Shown: positions 29,597 to 40,203, counted from the stretch's first letter. The stretch: DNA of 64,000 nucleotides from an uncultured bacterium (GCA_963710755.1 CAVQBK010000001.1:256001-320000), one strand, 5' to 3'. The notes: generated from the sequence alone by a model not told the origin. Made by a program: numbers and translations.

Positions 29597-32470
29597 ATGC
29601 GACTTTTGATCGTGACGTTGATGAGCTTGGTTTGGTTTTTACTTTCCGCCCAAGGAATGCTGGCCGCTGCCGTTTTTGGTAAAAACAAACTTCAAACCCG
29701 AGCTTTTAACTGGCAAGTCTTGGAAACCGATCATTTTGAAATCCACTATTATCCCGAAGAAGAAAAGCTGGCCGAAGAGGTTTGTCGTTACGCGGAAGAA
29801 GCATTTCTTCAAGATACGCAGTTATTACGCTATACTCCTACGGAAAAAACACCCTTATTTTTATATCGCGATCAGATTGATTTCCAGCAAACCAACATCA
29901 CCCCGCAAATCATTGGTATTGGTACCGGAGGTTTTACCGAACCCTTCAAGAACCGCATTGCCTTGCCGGCACCAACCTCACCGCTTCTGCTCAAGGAAGT
30001 GGTCACCCATGAGTATATTCATGCCCTGCAGTTTGATATGCTCTATGGGGAGGGCATCCGCTCTTTCCGGATATACAAAGGTTATTTGATTCCCTTATGG
30101 GTGATGGAAGGACTGGCCGACTATGCCGCCGGCCGCTGGGATGGTATTGATGAGATGATCATACGAGACGCGGTGATCAATAAACGACTCTCCCCGTTGA
30201 TGCTTTTGGAAGGATTTTCTCATTTGGATGATGTCTATCTGGCCTACAAAGAATCGCAATTGGCCATCCAGTACTTGTCCCAAACTTACGGCCAGGAGAA
30301 AGTCGCCTCGTTCTTTATGAAGTTTAAAAACCAGGTATCCACTTCCCAAATATTAAGGGAAACCACCGGGCGGGGGCTGGAGGAATTTAATCGGGATTTT
30401 TTTTATTGGTTACATCAGCACTATTGGGCTCAAACTGAAGGTCGTGTCAGCCTGGATAAAACGGGTCCCTTATTGGATCCCTTACCCAAGGGACGTTTGG
30501 TTAACTCCAGTGGCCCTGTCTGGTCCCCCGACGGACGGTATTTAGCCTTTATTTCCAATAAAGATGGATTTGTCAAAGTTTATTTAAAACCCCGGGGGGA
30601 TAGAAAGACAGCTTATGTCCTCAAAGATTATGCTTTTGAACAAGTGGTGACCAACGGCCGGCCGTTGACTTGGTCTCCGGACAGTAAATGGATTGCCTTT
30701 TTTGCACAGGAACAAGGCCGACAATTTTTATATACCCTCAATGTCTCCGATAGAACATTGCGGCGATGGCTTGTCCCTTTGGCCGGGATGTCTTCGCCAG
30801 CTTGGTCGCCGGATGGACAACAACTGCTATTGGCCGGGGTAAGCAATGGCGTAGCTGATATTTATACCTGGGATTTCGGCAAGCATGAACTAACGCCGCA
30901 TACCCACGACCGTTGGGCCGATGCCACGCCGTGTTGGTCTCCAGATGGAAAGACCATTGTCTACAGCTCGGAACGCAGGGGACATTGGCAACTGGTCAAA
31001 TTATCGTTTCCGGTTTCTGGTGAAGAGACTTTGGTCACCCAATCGGCCGCTGATCATATCCAGCCGATTTTTTCCCCCGATGGCCACAAGCTCTTTTACA
31101 GTGCCGATGAAGATGGCATCTTTAACTTATATGCCAGACCATGGGGAAGTCAGGCCAGCATCAGGTTGACCAATGTGGTCAGCGGTGCCTTTCAACCTTG
31201 TCTGAACACCAGTCTGCAAAAAATGAGTTTTACCGGATATGAAAACGGGCAATGGGGCATACGTCTGTTGACTATGGCTGATCCTGATTCCATGCCCACG
31301 CCCTTAAACCTGGCCCTGGAAACCTCCTTGGTTTCTCAGGCGGCAACGCCCACGCCGGTGGCCGCCATAACCCCGGGGCCTATGGCGGCCACCGGCAATT
31401 CCAGCCCCGCCCGGACAGATCAGCTCATTAAAGCCCGCCATCCCTATCATTTTCGATTCACTCCTGATTTGCTCTTTTTGTTGGCCGGCTATGATAGCAC
31501 CCAAGGTTTGCTGGGGGGCGGTTATATTACTGGCAGTGATTATTTGGGCGACCACCAGGTTAGCCTGATGAGTAACTTTGTGCCCGGCTACCAGGCACAA
31601 ACCACGCTTACCTATGCTAATTATTCTTATCCTATCGATATGGCGCTGGTGGCAAGTTACCAGAAAAATTATTACCGCATTATGGATTTGGAAACCAACA
31701 CTTTGCTGGAAGAATACAATGACGAGGAGATCGGCGGCGGTCTGCAATTTTCCAAAGCATTTTCTGTTTTTGATCGTGTGGAACTGGAATACGCCATGCG
31801 ATTTTTAAGGAGGGAACAGGACAGCATGGTGCTTAACAAACGGGTGTCGTCCTTGCGGTTGTCTTTAATTCACGATCACACATCCTGGTTGGATTTTGCA
31901 CCTGCCACAGGTTGGCGCTACAATCTATCAGGATTAGTGGCGGATCGCTTTTTAGGCGGGGAAGAGAATTATCAAATCATCCAGATGGATTCCCAAACCT
32001 ATTTCAACCTTCGTTTCATCGACCCTTATATGGTCTTGGCAACCCGTTTGATGGGCGCACTCAGTAGCGGACCGCAACATCCTTTGTTCCTGTTTGGCGG
32101 TTTGGGTGTTTTACCGGAATCCCTGACTATCCGTGGATTCCATCTGGGAGAATTAATCGGCAGTCAAATGGTCACCCTGAATATGGAATTGCGTTTTCCC
32201 CTGGCACGTAATATTCACTATTCCTTATGGCCCTTGGATTTTTTAATGATGAAGCACCTCTATCTGGTCTTTTTTGATGATGTGGGCATTGTGAGCAACA
32301 ATCTTTTAAAGATCGACGAACGGGATGTGAAAAACAGTATCGGAGTGGGCTTCCGGCTGCATACCTTTTTAATCGGCAAAGAACTCCTGACCATACGTTT
32401 CGATATAGCCCAGCGCACAGACCTTCCAGGTAACACGGTGTATACCTGGGGGATCGGCCAGTCATTTTAA
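29597..32470 (+). CDS. Omp85/BamA-TamA family protein with N-terminal gluzincin peptidase and TolB/PD40 propeller
   Basis: Signal peptide; HEYIH...PLWVMEG; repeated PxWSPDG; IRGF lid motif; ends GIGQSF. Confidence 0.85.
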   Translation: MRLLIVTLMSLVWFLLSAQGMLAAAVFGKNKLQTRAFNWQVLETDHFEIHYYPEEEKLAEEVCRYAEEAFLQDTQLLRYTPTEKTPLFLYRDQIDFQQTNITPQIIGIGTGGFTEPFKNRIALPAPTSPLLLKEVVTHEYIHALQFDMLYGEGIRSFRIYKGYLIPLWVMEGLADYAAGRWDGIDEMIIRDAVINKRLSPLMLLEGFSHLDDVYLAYKESQLAIQYLSQTYGQEKVASFFMKFKNQVSTSQILRETTGRGLEEFNRDFFYWLHQHYWAQTEGRVSLDKTGPLLDPLPKGRLVNSSGPVWSPDGRYLAFISNKDGFVKVYLKPRGDRKTAYVLKDYAFEQVVTNGRPLTWSPDSKWIAFFAQEQGRQFLYTLNVSDRTLRRWLVPLAGMSSPAWSPDGQQLLLAGVSNGVADIYTWDFGKHELTPHTHDRWADATPCWSPDGKTIVYSSERRGHWQLVKLSFPVSGEETLVTQSAADHIQPIFSPDGHKLFYSADEDGIFNLYARPWGSQASIRLTNVVSGAFQPCLNTSLQKMSFTGYENGQWGIRLLTMADPDSMPTPLNLALETSLVSQAATPTPVAAITPGPMAATGNSSPARTDQLIKARHPYHFRFTPDLLFLLAGYDSTQGLLGGGYITGSDYLGDHQVSLMSNFVPGYQAQTTLTYANYSYPIDMALVASYQKNYYRIMDLETNTLLEEYNDEEIGGGLQFSKAFSVFDRVELEYAMRFLRREQDSMVLNKRVSSLRLSLIHDHTSWLDFAPATGWRYNLSGLVADRFLGGEENYQIIQMDSQTYFNLRFIDPYMVLATRLMGALSSGPQHPLFLFGGLGVLPESLTIRGFHLGELIGSQMVTLNMELRFPLARNIHYSLWPLDFLMMKHLYLVFFDDVGIVSNNLLKIDERDVKNSIGVGFRLHTFLIGKELLTIRFDIAQRTDLPGNTVYTWGIGQSF

Positions 32471-32852
32471 ATTAAGACCTTAATGCCCACGAGCTGGACC
32501 ACCACCAATCCTCAACCAACTAGTTAGTTCTTGTTGCTGAAAGGCCATTTTTCATGGCTTTGGTGATGGTCAGCCCGGCTTGCCGTCTTTTCCTCAGGAC
32601 GGGAAGGTTTGGATATTTTTTATCTTCACCATATAGGTTAAGGTCCCCATATGCCGGTTCAGAACTCGTCCTATTGCCGATGATGAAAAGAGCTTTGTAT
32701 CTTTATAAATATCTATTTATTTCCTCAACCTACACCAGTTAGCGATTGAATTCAGATGTAATTAATGCTATAACTCAACATTATACCGTTAATCCACCAC
32801 CAAGATCATCGGATTAATGGTAAGTCATTATAATCACGACAGGTTGAGTACC

Positions 32853-33668
32853 ATGTTTCGTATAAAATCAAAAATCAAACTCGCCCCCTCCGTATGGCGT
32901 TATAGCCTGGAAGCCCCTCAAATTGCCCAGCAACGCAAGCCAGGTAATTTTGTTATTATAAGGCCAACCCAGCATTCGGAACGGATTCCCTTAACCATTG
33001 TGGATAGCCATGACCAAAACGGCACTATTGATATTATCTTCCAGGTGGTGGGTGCCACCACCCTGGATTTGGAACAGCTTGACGTGAACGAGCACATCGA
33101 GGATATTTCCGGACCTTTGGGCCATCCCACCCATATTGAAGCCTATGGCCGTGTAGCGGTTGTTGGCGGCGGGGTGGGTATTGCACCGCTGTTGCCCATT
33201 GCCAAGGCCTTGAAACAGGCCGGAAACCATTTAACAGCAATCCTGGGAGCCCGTTCCGCTGACTATCTCATTTTACAAAATGAGCTCAAGTCGATTAGCG
33301 ACAACCTGCTCATCGCCACTGATGATGGCAGCCGGGGGCATAAAGGATTAGTCACCGATGTCCTTAAACCGCTGCTTGATAACAAAGCAGTGGATTTCGT
33401 TTTGGCCGTTGGCCCGGTAATCATGATGAAAGCGGTCGCTGACTTGACGAGATCTTATAAAATCAGGACCATGGCCAGCCTCAATCCGCTAATGATCGAC
33501 GGCACGGGGATGTGCGGGGTCTGTCGGTGCAAAATCGACGGTCATACCAAATTTGCCTGTGTGGATGGCCCTGAATTTGATGCTCACCAGGTTGATTTTG
33601 ACCTCTTGATGCGCCGCTTGGCCATGTTCAAGGCGGAAGAAAAGCAAAAAATGGAGGCCAGGCAGTAA
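32853..33668 (+). CDS. nfnA: NfnA / sulfide dehydrogenase small subunit (FAD, 2Fe-2S)
   Basis: ERIPLTI, GPLG, GGGVG and MIDGTGMCGVCRC..CVDGPEFD. Confidence 0.92.
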   Translation: MFRIKSKIKLAPSVWRYSLEAPQIAQQRKPGNFVIIRPTQHSERIPLTIVDSHDQNGTIDIIFQVVGATTLDLEQLDVNEHIEDISGPLGHPTHIEAYGRVAVVGGGVGIAPLLPIAKALKQAGNHLTAILGARSADYLILQNELKSISDNLLIATDDGSRGHKGLVTDVLKPLLDNKAVDFVLAVGPVIMMKAVADLTRSYKIRTMASLNPLMIDGTGMCGVCRCKIDGHTKFACVDGPEFDAHQVDFDLLMRRLAMFKAEEKQKMEARQ

Positions 33669-35062
33669 TGGCGTTTAATTTAAACCGGCCCGTCATGCCG
33701 GCTCAAGACCCCGCCCAGCGGCGTAAGAATTTCCAGGAAGTCAATCTGGGATACGATCAGGCCATGGCCATGGCCGAAGCCAAGCGATGCTTGCAATGCA
33801 AACGACCTACCTGTATTGCCGGCTGTCCGGTACATATCAATATTCCTTATTTCATCCAAGCCCTGGCTGAAGGCAACCCCAATGAAGCCGTAGCCCGGAT
33901 CAAGCAGGACAATGCTTTGCCGGCCATATGCGGCCGGGTCTGTCCTCAGGAAAAGCAATGCGAGGTGCAATGTGTATTGGAAAAAAAAGGTGCCGCCATT
34001 GCCATTGGTGCTTTGGAACGCTTTGTCGGCGATCATGCCATTAAGGAATGTCTGGAAACCGAATGCCGTATTGTTGAACGTGAAGAAAAGGTGGCGGTCA
34101 TTGGCAGTGGTCCTTCCGGATTAACCTGTGCAGGGGAACTTAGAAAACTGGGCTATCAAGTAACACTTTATGAAGCTTTGCATGAACTGGGCGGCGTGCT
34201 TTCCTATGGCATTCCTGAGTTCCGCCTTCCAAAAAGCACGGTAGTTAAACCTGAAATCGAGACTTTGCAGGTTCTGGGCGTGCGTTTTGAAAAAAACGCG
34301 CTCATCGGCAAATTCAAAAGTATTCCTGACTTGATTAATCGCGATGGCTTTAAAGCCGTGTATATTGCCAGCGGCGCTGGATTCCCACAATTCATGGACT
34401 TGCCCGGTGAAGACTTGAATTATGTTTATTCCGCTAATGAATTCCTGACCAGGATCAACCTTATGGAAGCCTATAATCCCCAGTCTGCCACGCCCATCAG
34501 GTTAGGCAAGTGCGTGGCCGTCATCGGCGGAGGTAATACGGCCATGGATGCGGCGCGTTGCGCTTTGCGATTCCCCGAGGTGGAAAAAGTCATGCTTCTA
34601 TACCGTCGAACCGAAGTGGAAATGCCGGCGCGCATCGAGGAAGTGAACCATGCCCGGGAAGAGGGGATTGACTTTCATTTTCTGACCACACCGGTGGCTT
34701 ACTCGGGTAATGCATCCGGGCAAGTGCAACAGGTGAAATGTATGAAAATGGCCCTTGGCGAGCCCGATGCCAGCGGCCGGCGTCGTCCCCATGTGGTGGA
34801 AAACAGTGAATTTTCATTGAATGTCGATTCTGTTATTATTGCCATTGGCACCCAAGCCAATCCCATCGTAGCCCAAACCACACCGGGCTTGAAAGTCAAT
34901 GCCCGTGGTTATATTGAAACTGACGAAAATGGCCGAACCAGTCTGCCCAATGTTTTTGCCGGCGGGGATATTGTTAGTGGTGCGGCCACGGTCATCCTGG
35001 CCATGGGGGCAGGCCGCACAGCTGCTCATGAAATCGACCGCCAATTAAAGCCTTCCTTATAA
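33668..35062 (+). CDS. nfnB: NfnB / GltD-like NADPH oxidoreductase large subunit
   Basis: EAKRCLQC..C..GCP, CGRVCPQE.QCE, GSGPSG, GGGNTAMD and AGGDIVSG; coupled to nfnA. Confidence 0.92.
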   Translation: MAFNLNRPVMPAQDPAQRRKNFQEVNLGYDQAMAMAEAKRCLQCKRPTCIAGCPVHINIPYFIQALAEGNPNEAVARIKQDNALPAICGRVCPQEKQCEVQCVLEKKGAAIAIGALERFVGDHAIKECLETECRIVEREEKVAVIGSGPSGLTCAGELRKLGYQVTLYEALHELGGVLSYGIPEFRLPKSTVVKPEIETLQVLGVRFEKNALIGKFKSIPDLINRDGFKAVYIASGAGFPQFMDLPGEDLNYVYSANEFLTRINLMEAYNPQSATPIRLGKCVAVIGGGNTAMDAARCALRFPEVEKVMLLYRRTEVEMPARIEEVNHAREEGIDFHFLTTPVAYSGNASGQVQQVKCMKMALGEPDASGRRRPHVVENSEFSLNVDSVIIAIGTQANPIVAQTTPGLKVNARGYIETDENGRTSLPNVFAGGDIVSGAATVILAMGAGRTAAHEIDRQLKPSL

Positions 35063-35477
35063 TTCCTTATCAGCCACGCTTCCACCGGGTGTATTCATTT
35101 ACTGTTACGAGTATCAATTTTATTTTAATATTTAGGTTTTCTTTTTAGCCCGGTCACCTTACCACAACGGTTTATTTTCTAACAACGCCATGCACCTTTA
35201 TGCTATACTGGATTTAGATTTTTCCATTAACCTGGGAGCATGGTGTGCTTATGGATGAGTCTAATGGTAAGTATTTGCAAAAATATCTTTCCTGTTTTTC
35301 ACCTACCTTTTTATCAAATTTTATAAAATCCAAATACTCTTCCTTTAAAATCGCAGCACTCTTTGTAGGTAAAGGTCGTGAATTGTTCTTTAAATGTGTC
35401 CTTAATTCTTCGTTACTTAAACCGTACCTATTGCCACTGGACCGTGTTGCAGGTTATGTGCTAAAGGAAACGCTGAC

Positions 35478-38027
35478 ATGAAAAAAACATTATTTTTTAC
35501 ACTGCTTACAGCGTTCAGCCTGATTCGGCTTCCGGCCATGGCCTTAATCAATACTAGTGATCTTTTAATTGTCGAACCAGGGGAGAGTATTACCTTAAGC
35601 CGAACGGTTTACAGACGTGTCACTATTTATGTCAAAGATGGCGGGACAATTAATATTGCCCCTTATGACGGGGGTGGAGCCAACAATGGACAGCTTGATT
35701 TAATTGCACCTGTTATTATCATTGATGGAACCATTAACGGGGAAGGCACAGGTCACAACGACAGTGGGAAAGGGCACGGCCCCAGTAGCCACTCGGGCGG
35801 CGGCGGCGGCGGCGGTTTTGGAGGAAATGGAGGCAGGGGAGACTACTATACCTACCATTATTGGTATGCCGGCGCAGGTGGCAGCACCTATGATGATGTC
35901 TACCAAGCCCTGGAAGGGTCTTACGGATGGAATGCAGGCAATGGGACCTCCTTTACAGGCTATGGTGGGGCTGGATTAAGATTGGATGCCATGGACTTGG
36001 CCATAGGCAGTACGGCTGTACTCAATGTCAGTGGTTATCAAAAGTCCTCGGCTACCGTAGGCGGCGGCTCGGGAGGTTGTATTCTCCTGGATGGAATAAA
36101 CACCGAGCTCCAGTCTGGAGCGCTATTAAATTTAAAAGGTGGCCCCGGCGGAGGGGCCAATACAAATTGGTATGCCGCGGGTGGTGGTGGCGGAGGCCGT
36201 CTTAAAATATTCAAGCGCCAAACCTTAACGGATGCTGGGGCTGTCATCTCCATATCCGGTGGAACAGGGGGGTCGGATGGTGCCCGCGACGGCGATAACG
36301 GAACCAGCGCTGTTTTGGATGCCCTTCCACTTCCTGATGCGCCATCGCAGCTTTCTCCGGCCGATCAGGCCACCGTTGGATTATCACCAACTCTGCAGTT
36401 TAGTGCCCACGATACGACTGGATGCAAGTTTCTAAGATATCAATGCATTATTAGTAAATCACCGGCTTTCAGCACCATTGACTACGGCTCCACCCAATTG
36501 GCTCCGGATGACGGCGGCTGGGGAGGAAGAGCTTATTATACCTCCGATGAAACCGCTACTTATGCATTGCCCATATCTTTGGATCCTACGACACCTTATT
36601 ATTGGAGCATTTCCGTTACTGCTGATAACGGCCAGACGTGGGTCGATGCCCCGGTTCATTTCAAATTTACCACGGCCATCGTCAATAATAAGCCTTTGGT
36701 GCCCATGATTATTGAGCCCTCAGACAGCAATGTGGATGTGAGCAAAACACCGGCTTTTAAAATTGTCATGGCCGATGGAGAAGGAGACACCATGACCTGC
36801 CAGCTTTTAATTTCCCAGGAACCAACCCTTGCCAATGCCCAGCTATTTCAATCTACGTACAGTGGCTGGGATCATAGCCTTTATGTGCCACAAGGGGCGG
36901 CTGCAGGTATCACGGCCACTTGTCAGGTATTGAATGAAGCTCCTAACTTGGATGCCTTGATCCCTGGGGTGACTTATTATTGCCGTGCCACAGTATATGA
37001 TTATTTGCAGCAAAGCCGTGATTCCACCATCATCACGTTTACTACTGTTCCACTACCTGTGCCGCCGCAAATTTTGTCACCTCCTACCAGTACCATAGTA
37101 ACCAGCAAGGTTCCTACCCTGCAGTTCGAAACCGCCAGCCCCACCTCAGGTTTATTGAAATATGAATTGGAACTGAGCTCCAATAACTTTCAGACCTTGC
37201 TGGTGTTTAAATCCGATAGCGGGGTAGGATGGACTCAAACCACATATGCTTCCGGTGAAACCGCAGTTTTAACCATCCCCCCGGAGAACATGCTGATTTC
37301 CGGTATGGACTATGCTTGGCGTGTGCGCGTTTATGATATTGACAATGATAATTGGAGTGTTTTTTCCGACATCAGTACCTTCACGGTTATGACGCCGCCC
37401 TTCAAGCCGGAATTGCTCTCGCCGCTCGACAATTATTCCGCTCCCAACAGTCGAATCACCTTTAAATTTAAGGTCACCAGCGAAGGCGGCAACACCATGA
37501 CCGCCAAGGTGGAGCTCAGCGACAATGCATTCGCCACGGTATTGCACAGCTTCGACCAGCACCTTGCGCCTGACGGCTGGGACGCCGCCTACTATCAATC
37601 CAATAGTACGGCCGCGTTTACCATCCCCTCATCCATAACGCTGGCTTCCTCTGCCCAATATAGTTGGCGGGTGGCTTTTTTTGACGGGCTATCCTGGAGT
37701 CCCTTATCCGATGTACGTCACTTTACCATGGCCAGATCGGTGACCATTAACGACCTTAAAACCTATCCCAATCCAGCCGTAAACAGTAATGTGATCAATA
37801 TCACCTATCGCCTGTCGGTAGATGCCAAGGTCACGGTAATAATTTATAACCGCCTAGGCAAGGAAGTCAGACAAGTTGTAGTGCCGACCGCTTGGGGGGG
37901 CATGGATGGAAACACCTTGTCTGTCGACATCTCCAATTTTGCCAGCGGTTTGTATTTTTATGAGTTAGTGGCAGAGTCCTCACTGGGCACTAATAAAATT
38001 GTTAAACAATTCGCAGTCATCAAGTAG
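35478..38027 (+). CDS. Secreted glycine-rich/Ig-like protein with T9SS type-A C-terminal sorting domain
   Basis: Signal peptide; GGGGG tracts; FN3/Ig-like repeats (Y.WRV); C-terminal YPNP...IYN..G...SGLYFY...K. Confidence 0.85.
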   Translation: MKKTLFFTLLTAFSLIRLPAMALINTSDLLIVEPGESITLSRTVYRRVTIYVKDGGTINIAPYDGGGANNGQLDLIAPVIIIDGTINGEGTGHNDSGKGHGPSSHSGGGGGGGFGGNGGRGDYYTYHYWYAGAGGSTYDDVYQALEGSYGWNAGNGTSFTGYGGAGLRLDAMDLAIGSTAVLNVSGYQKSSATVGGGSGGCILLDGINTELQSGALLNLKGGPGGGANTNWYAAGGGGGGRLKIFKRQTLTDAGAVISISGGTGGSDGARDGDNGTSAVLDALPLPDAPSQLSPADQATVGLSPTLQFSAHDTTGCKFLRYQCIISKSPAFSTIDYGSTQLAPDDGGWGGRAYYTSDETATYALPISLDPTTPYYWSISVTADNGQTWVDAPVHFKFTTAIVNNKPLVPMIIEPSDSNVDVSKTPAFKIVMADGEGDTMTCQLLISQEPTLANAQLFQSTYSGWDHSLYVPQGAAAGITATCQVLNEAPNLDALIPGVTYYCRATVYDYLQQSRDSTIITFTTVPLPVPPQILSPPTSTIVTSKVPTLQFETASPTSGLLKYELELSSNNFQTLLVFKSDSGVGWTQTTYASGETAVLTIPPENMLISGMDYAWRVRVYDIDNDNWSVFSDISTFTVMTPPFKPELLSPLDNYSAPNSRITFKFKVTSEGGNTMTAKVELSDNAFATVLHSFDQHLAPDGWDAAYYQSNSTAAFTIPSSITLASSAQYSWRVAFFDGLSWSPLSDVRHFTMARSVTINDLKTYPNPAVNSNVINITYRLSVDAKVTVIIYNRLGKEVRQVVVPTAWGGMDGNTLSVDISNFASGLYFYELVAESSLGTNKIVKQFAVIK

Positions 38028-38034
38028 GGAAGCC

Positions 38035-39849
38035 ATGAGAAGACCTTTTCTTTCCATTTTCTGCCTTGTCATTTTCCTGTCGACCGCTTCTGGGCCCATG
38101 GTCCTGGCGGATGATGAGGCTGTGGGCGCGGTGTTTCTCAATGAAGGTATGGGTGCCAGAGCAACAGCTATGGCCGGTGCCTTTGTGGCTGTGCCGCAAG
38201 GATCCAACATGGTATTCTGGAATCCCGCTGCTTTAACCCGGCAAAGAACATTGGAATTGATGGTAACCCATACAGAATACATCCAAGGATTACGAAATGA
38301 GTATTTAACCTTCAGCCTGCCGCTCGGTCAGGACCAAGCTGTTGGATTCAACACTTATTTTTCTTATATTAACTCTTTGGAAAAATTAACTAGTTTAAAT
38401 GATATCCCTACCACCTTTGGAGTTTATGACATCTATTTTACCGCAGCCTGGGCATATCGCTTTCAAGCCGGGCAAGGTTTGGGAGTCGGCCTGAAAGGAA
38501 TTTATCAACGTATAGATGAATTTACTTCCTGGAGTGGCGCCGTGGATATGGGTTATGTGATAAGTGATTTCATGGTAGATAATCTGACTTTAGGCGCCAC
38601 TTTAAAAAATTTGGGGCTACCAGTTAAATTCATTACTACGGCATATTGGTTACCCATGACGCTGAGCCTGGGCGCATCTTACCGGTTCTGGGATGACAAC
38701 CTGCTTTGCTCATTTGCAATTCAAAAACCTTACCAGCAGGAATTAATCTTTAGTCTCGGTGCGGAATATACTCTTGAAGATACGCTTTATTTGCGCGCCG
38801 GATATAAATATTCTCAATTCGGCAATGATTTAGGACTCTGGTCCAGCTTCAGCTTTGGATTAGGCGCTGAAATCTCGGACTATAAATTGGACTATAGTTA
38901 TACGCCCTTTGGCGATTTAGGAGATGTTCATCGCTTTTCCATTACTTTGCCATTTGGTCAAAATATGGCCGATGAAGAAAAAATCATTCGTCGTTTGGAA
39001 AAACAATTGAAAAACAAGCAAAATAATGTCGTCAACAATTATCTAGAAAAGGGTAATTCCAGCCAGCGCAATCACGATTATGACAAAGCCATCGTCAATT
39101 ATGAAAAAGCCATGGTCTTGGCCCCGGATCGCCGGGATATTCAAAATAAATTAAATCACGCCAGGGTAAAGAGGAGGGAAGTCCAGATAGCCTCCTTCAT
39201 CCATACAGGGAAGAGCGCCTACAAAAAACATGAATATATCACCGCTTTGATCGAATTCAATAAAGCCAAGGAAATCGACGGCCATAATAAAAAGGTGACT
39301 TTTTGGTTGGATAAAACTAATGCACAATTGGTCAAAGAACAAGTTTTGTTCAAAGGAAATAAAGAAGTTGCCAAGGATTTCAAAACCGGTTTGTACAATT
39401 TAAATAATGGCCGCTATCAAGACGCGATTTCCGCATGGAAACGTATATTAAGAAAGGATCCTCGCAATCAACAGGTTATAAGCTATCTCAACAGAACCAA
39501 TCAAAAACTCAAAGAAGAAATCAAAGATCTTTTAGACCAGGCCAATACCTTGTGGGTTGGCGATGAAAAACCGGAAGCTGTTAAATGCTGGCGCCGGGTC
39601 CTGAGCTTGGATAGTGACAATAGTACCGCCAACTCGGCCCTGACCACCAACCGGGAACAAATCGAAACCTTAGCCGAAGCCTTATATAAAAGCGGCGTAC
39701 AAAATTATGTTAATAACCGCTTGGTCGATGCCATTGCCAATTGGACCTATGTACTGATGCTGGAGCCTCACCACGACAAGGCTAAAAAGAATCTGGCCAG
39801 AGCCAAGGATAAAGTCAAAGAATTGGAATCCTTGCAAACCGTCCAATAA
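38035..39849 (+). CDS. PorV/PorQ-family beta-barrel fused to TPR repeats
   Basis: FL..GMGARATAMAGAFVA...WNPA; LRAGY, LDYSYTPFGDLG.VHRFS; C-terminal TPRs. Confidence 0.88.
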   Translation: MRRPFLSIFCLVIFLSTASGPMVLADDEAVGAVFLNEGMGARATAMAGAFVAVPQGSNMVFWNPAALTRQRTLELMVTHTEYIQGLRNEYLTFSLPLGQDQAVGFNTYFSYINSLEKLTSLNDIPTTFGVYDIYFTAAWAYRFQAGQGLGVGLKGIYQRIDEFTSWSGAVDMGYVISDFMVDNLTLGATLKNLGLPVKFITTAYWLPMTLSLGASYRFWDDNLLCSFAIQKPYQQELIFSLGAEYTLEDTLYLRAGYKYSQFGNDLGLWSSFSFGLGAEISDYKLDYSYTPFGDLGDVHRFSITLPFGQNMADEEKIIRRLEKQLKNKQNNVVNNYLEKGNSSQRNHDYDKAIVNYEKAMVLAPDRRDIQNKLNHARVKRREVQIASFIHTGKSAYKKHEYITALIEFNKAKEIDGHNKKVTFWLDKTNAQLVKEQVLFKGNKEVAKDFKTGLYNLNNGRYQDAISAWKRILRKDPRNQQVISYLNRTNQKLKEEIKDLLDQANTLWVGDEKPEAVKCWRRVLSLDSDNSTANSALTTNREQIETLAEALYKSGVQNYVNNRLVDAIANWTYVLMLEPHHDKAKKNLARAKDKVKELESLQTVQ

Positions 39850-39996
39850 AAATACCAAACCAAGACTGATATCCAATCACCGCCGGGGAAACTGAAAAAA
39901 CACTCATGTAAAACCAAGTGTATGTTTACAGCTTTAACCATGTTAAAATCAAGACAGCACTTTCATCCACCAAGAATTCCAAAATAGGAAATACCG

Positions 39997-40089
39997 ATGA
40001 AGCTTAATCTGGTTAAGTTATTTAAACTATTACTTTTTATTTGTGCCGTGATTATCACCATTTTGGCGGGCATGATATTTGATCATTAA
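39997..40089 (+). CDS. Putative 30-aa single-TM small protein
   Basis: MKLNLVKLFKLLLFICAVIITILAGMIFDH; AGGA upstream. Confidence 0.4.
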   Translation: MKLNLVKLFKLLLFICAVIITILAGMIFDH

Positions 40090-40120
40090 GTTAAGTGTAG
40101 CCTTATTGGTTAATTATAAT

Positions 40121-40148
40121 AGTTAACATAATATGTATTATCCGACGT
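40121..40148 (-). other. dif: dif site (XerC/XerD chromosome dimer resolution)
   Basis: Minus strand ACGTCGGATAA-TACATA-TTATGTTAACT: 11-6-11 layout, XerD arm differs by 1 nt from E. coli TTATGTTAAAT; intergenic at the gene-orientation switch. Confidence 0.9.
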
Positions 40149-40160
40149 TATATTTTCAAT

Positions 40161-40190
40161 AAAAAAGGCCCCTTAACCAGGGACCTTTTC
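40161..40190 (-). terminator. Intrinsic terminator of thrS
   Basis: Minus strand AAAAGGTCCC-TGGTTAA-GGGGCCTTTT-TT. Confidence 0.7.
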
Positions 40191-40203
40191 CGTGTTTTTA
40201 TTA

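Noticed and set aside
32471-32852. Short ORFs between the Omp85 gene and nfnA
   Set aside because: No start/SD support and no recognisable motifs
35245-35481. 78-aa ORF upstream of the T9SS cargo
   Set aside because: AT-rich, no motif; more likely a promoter/UTR region
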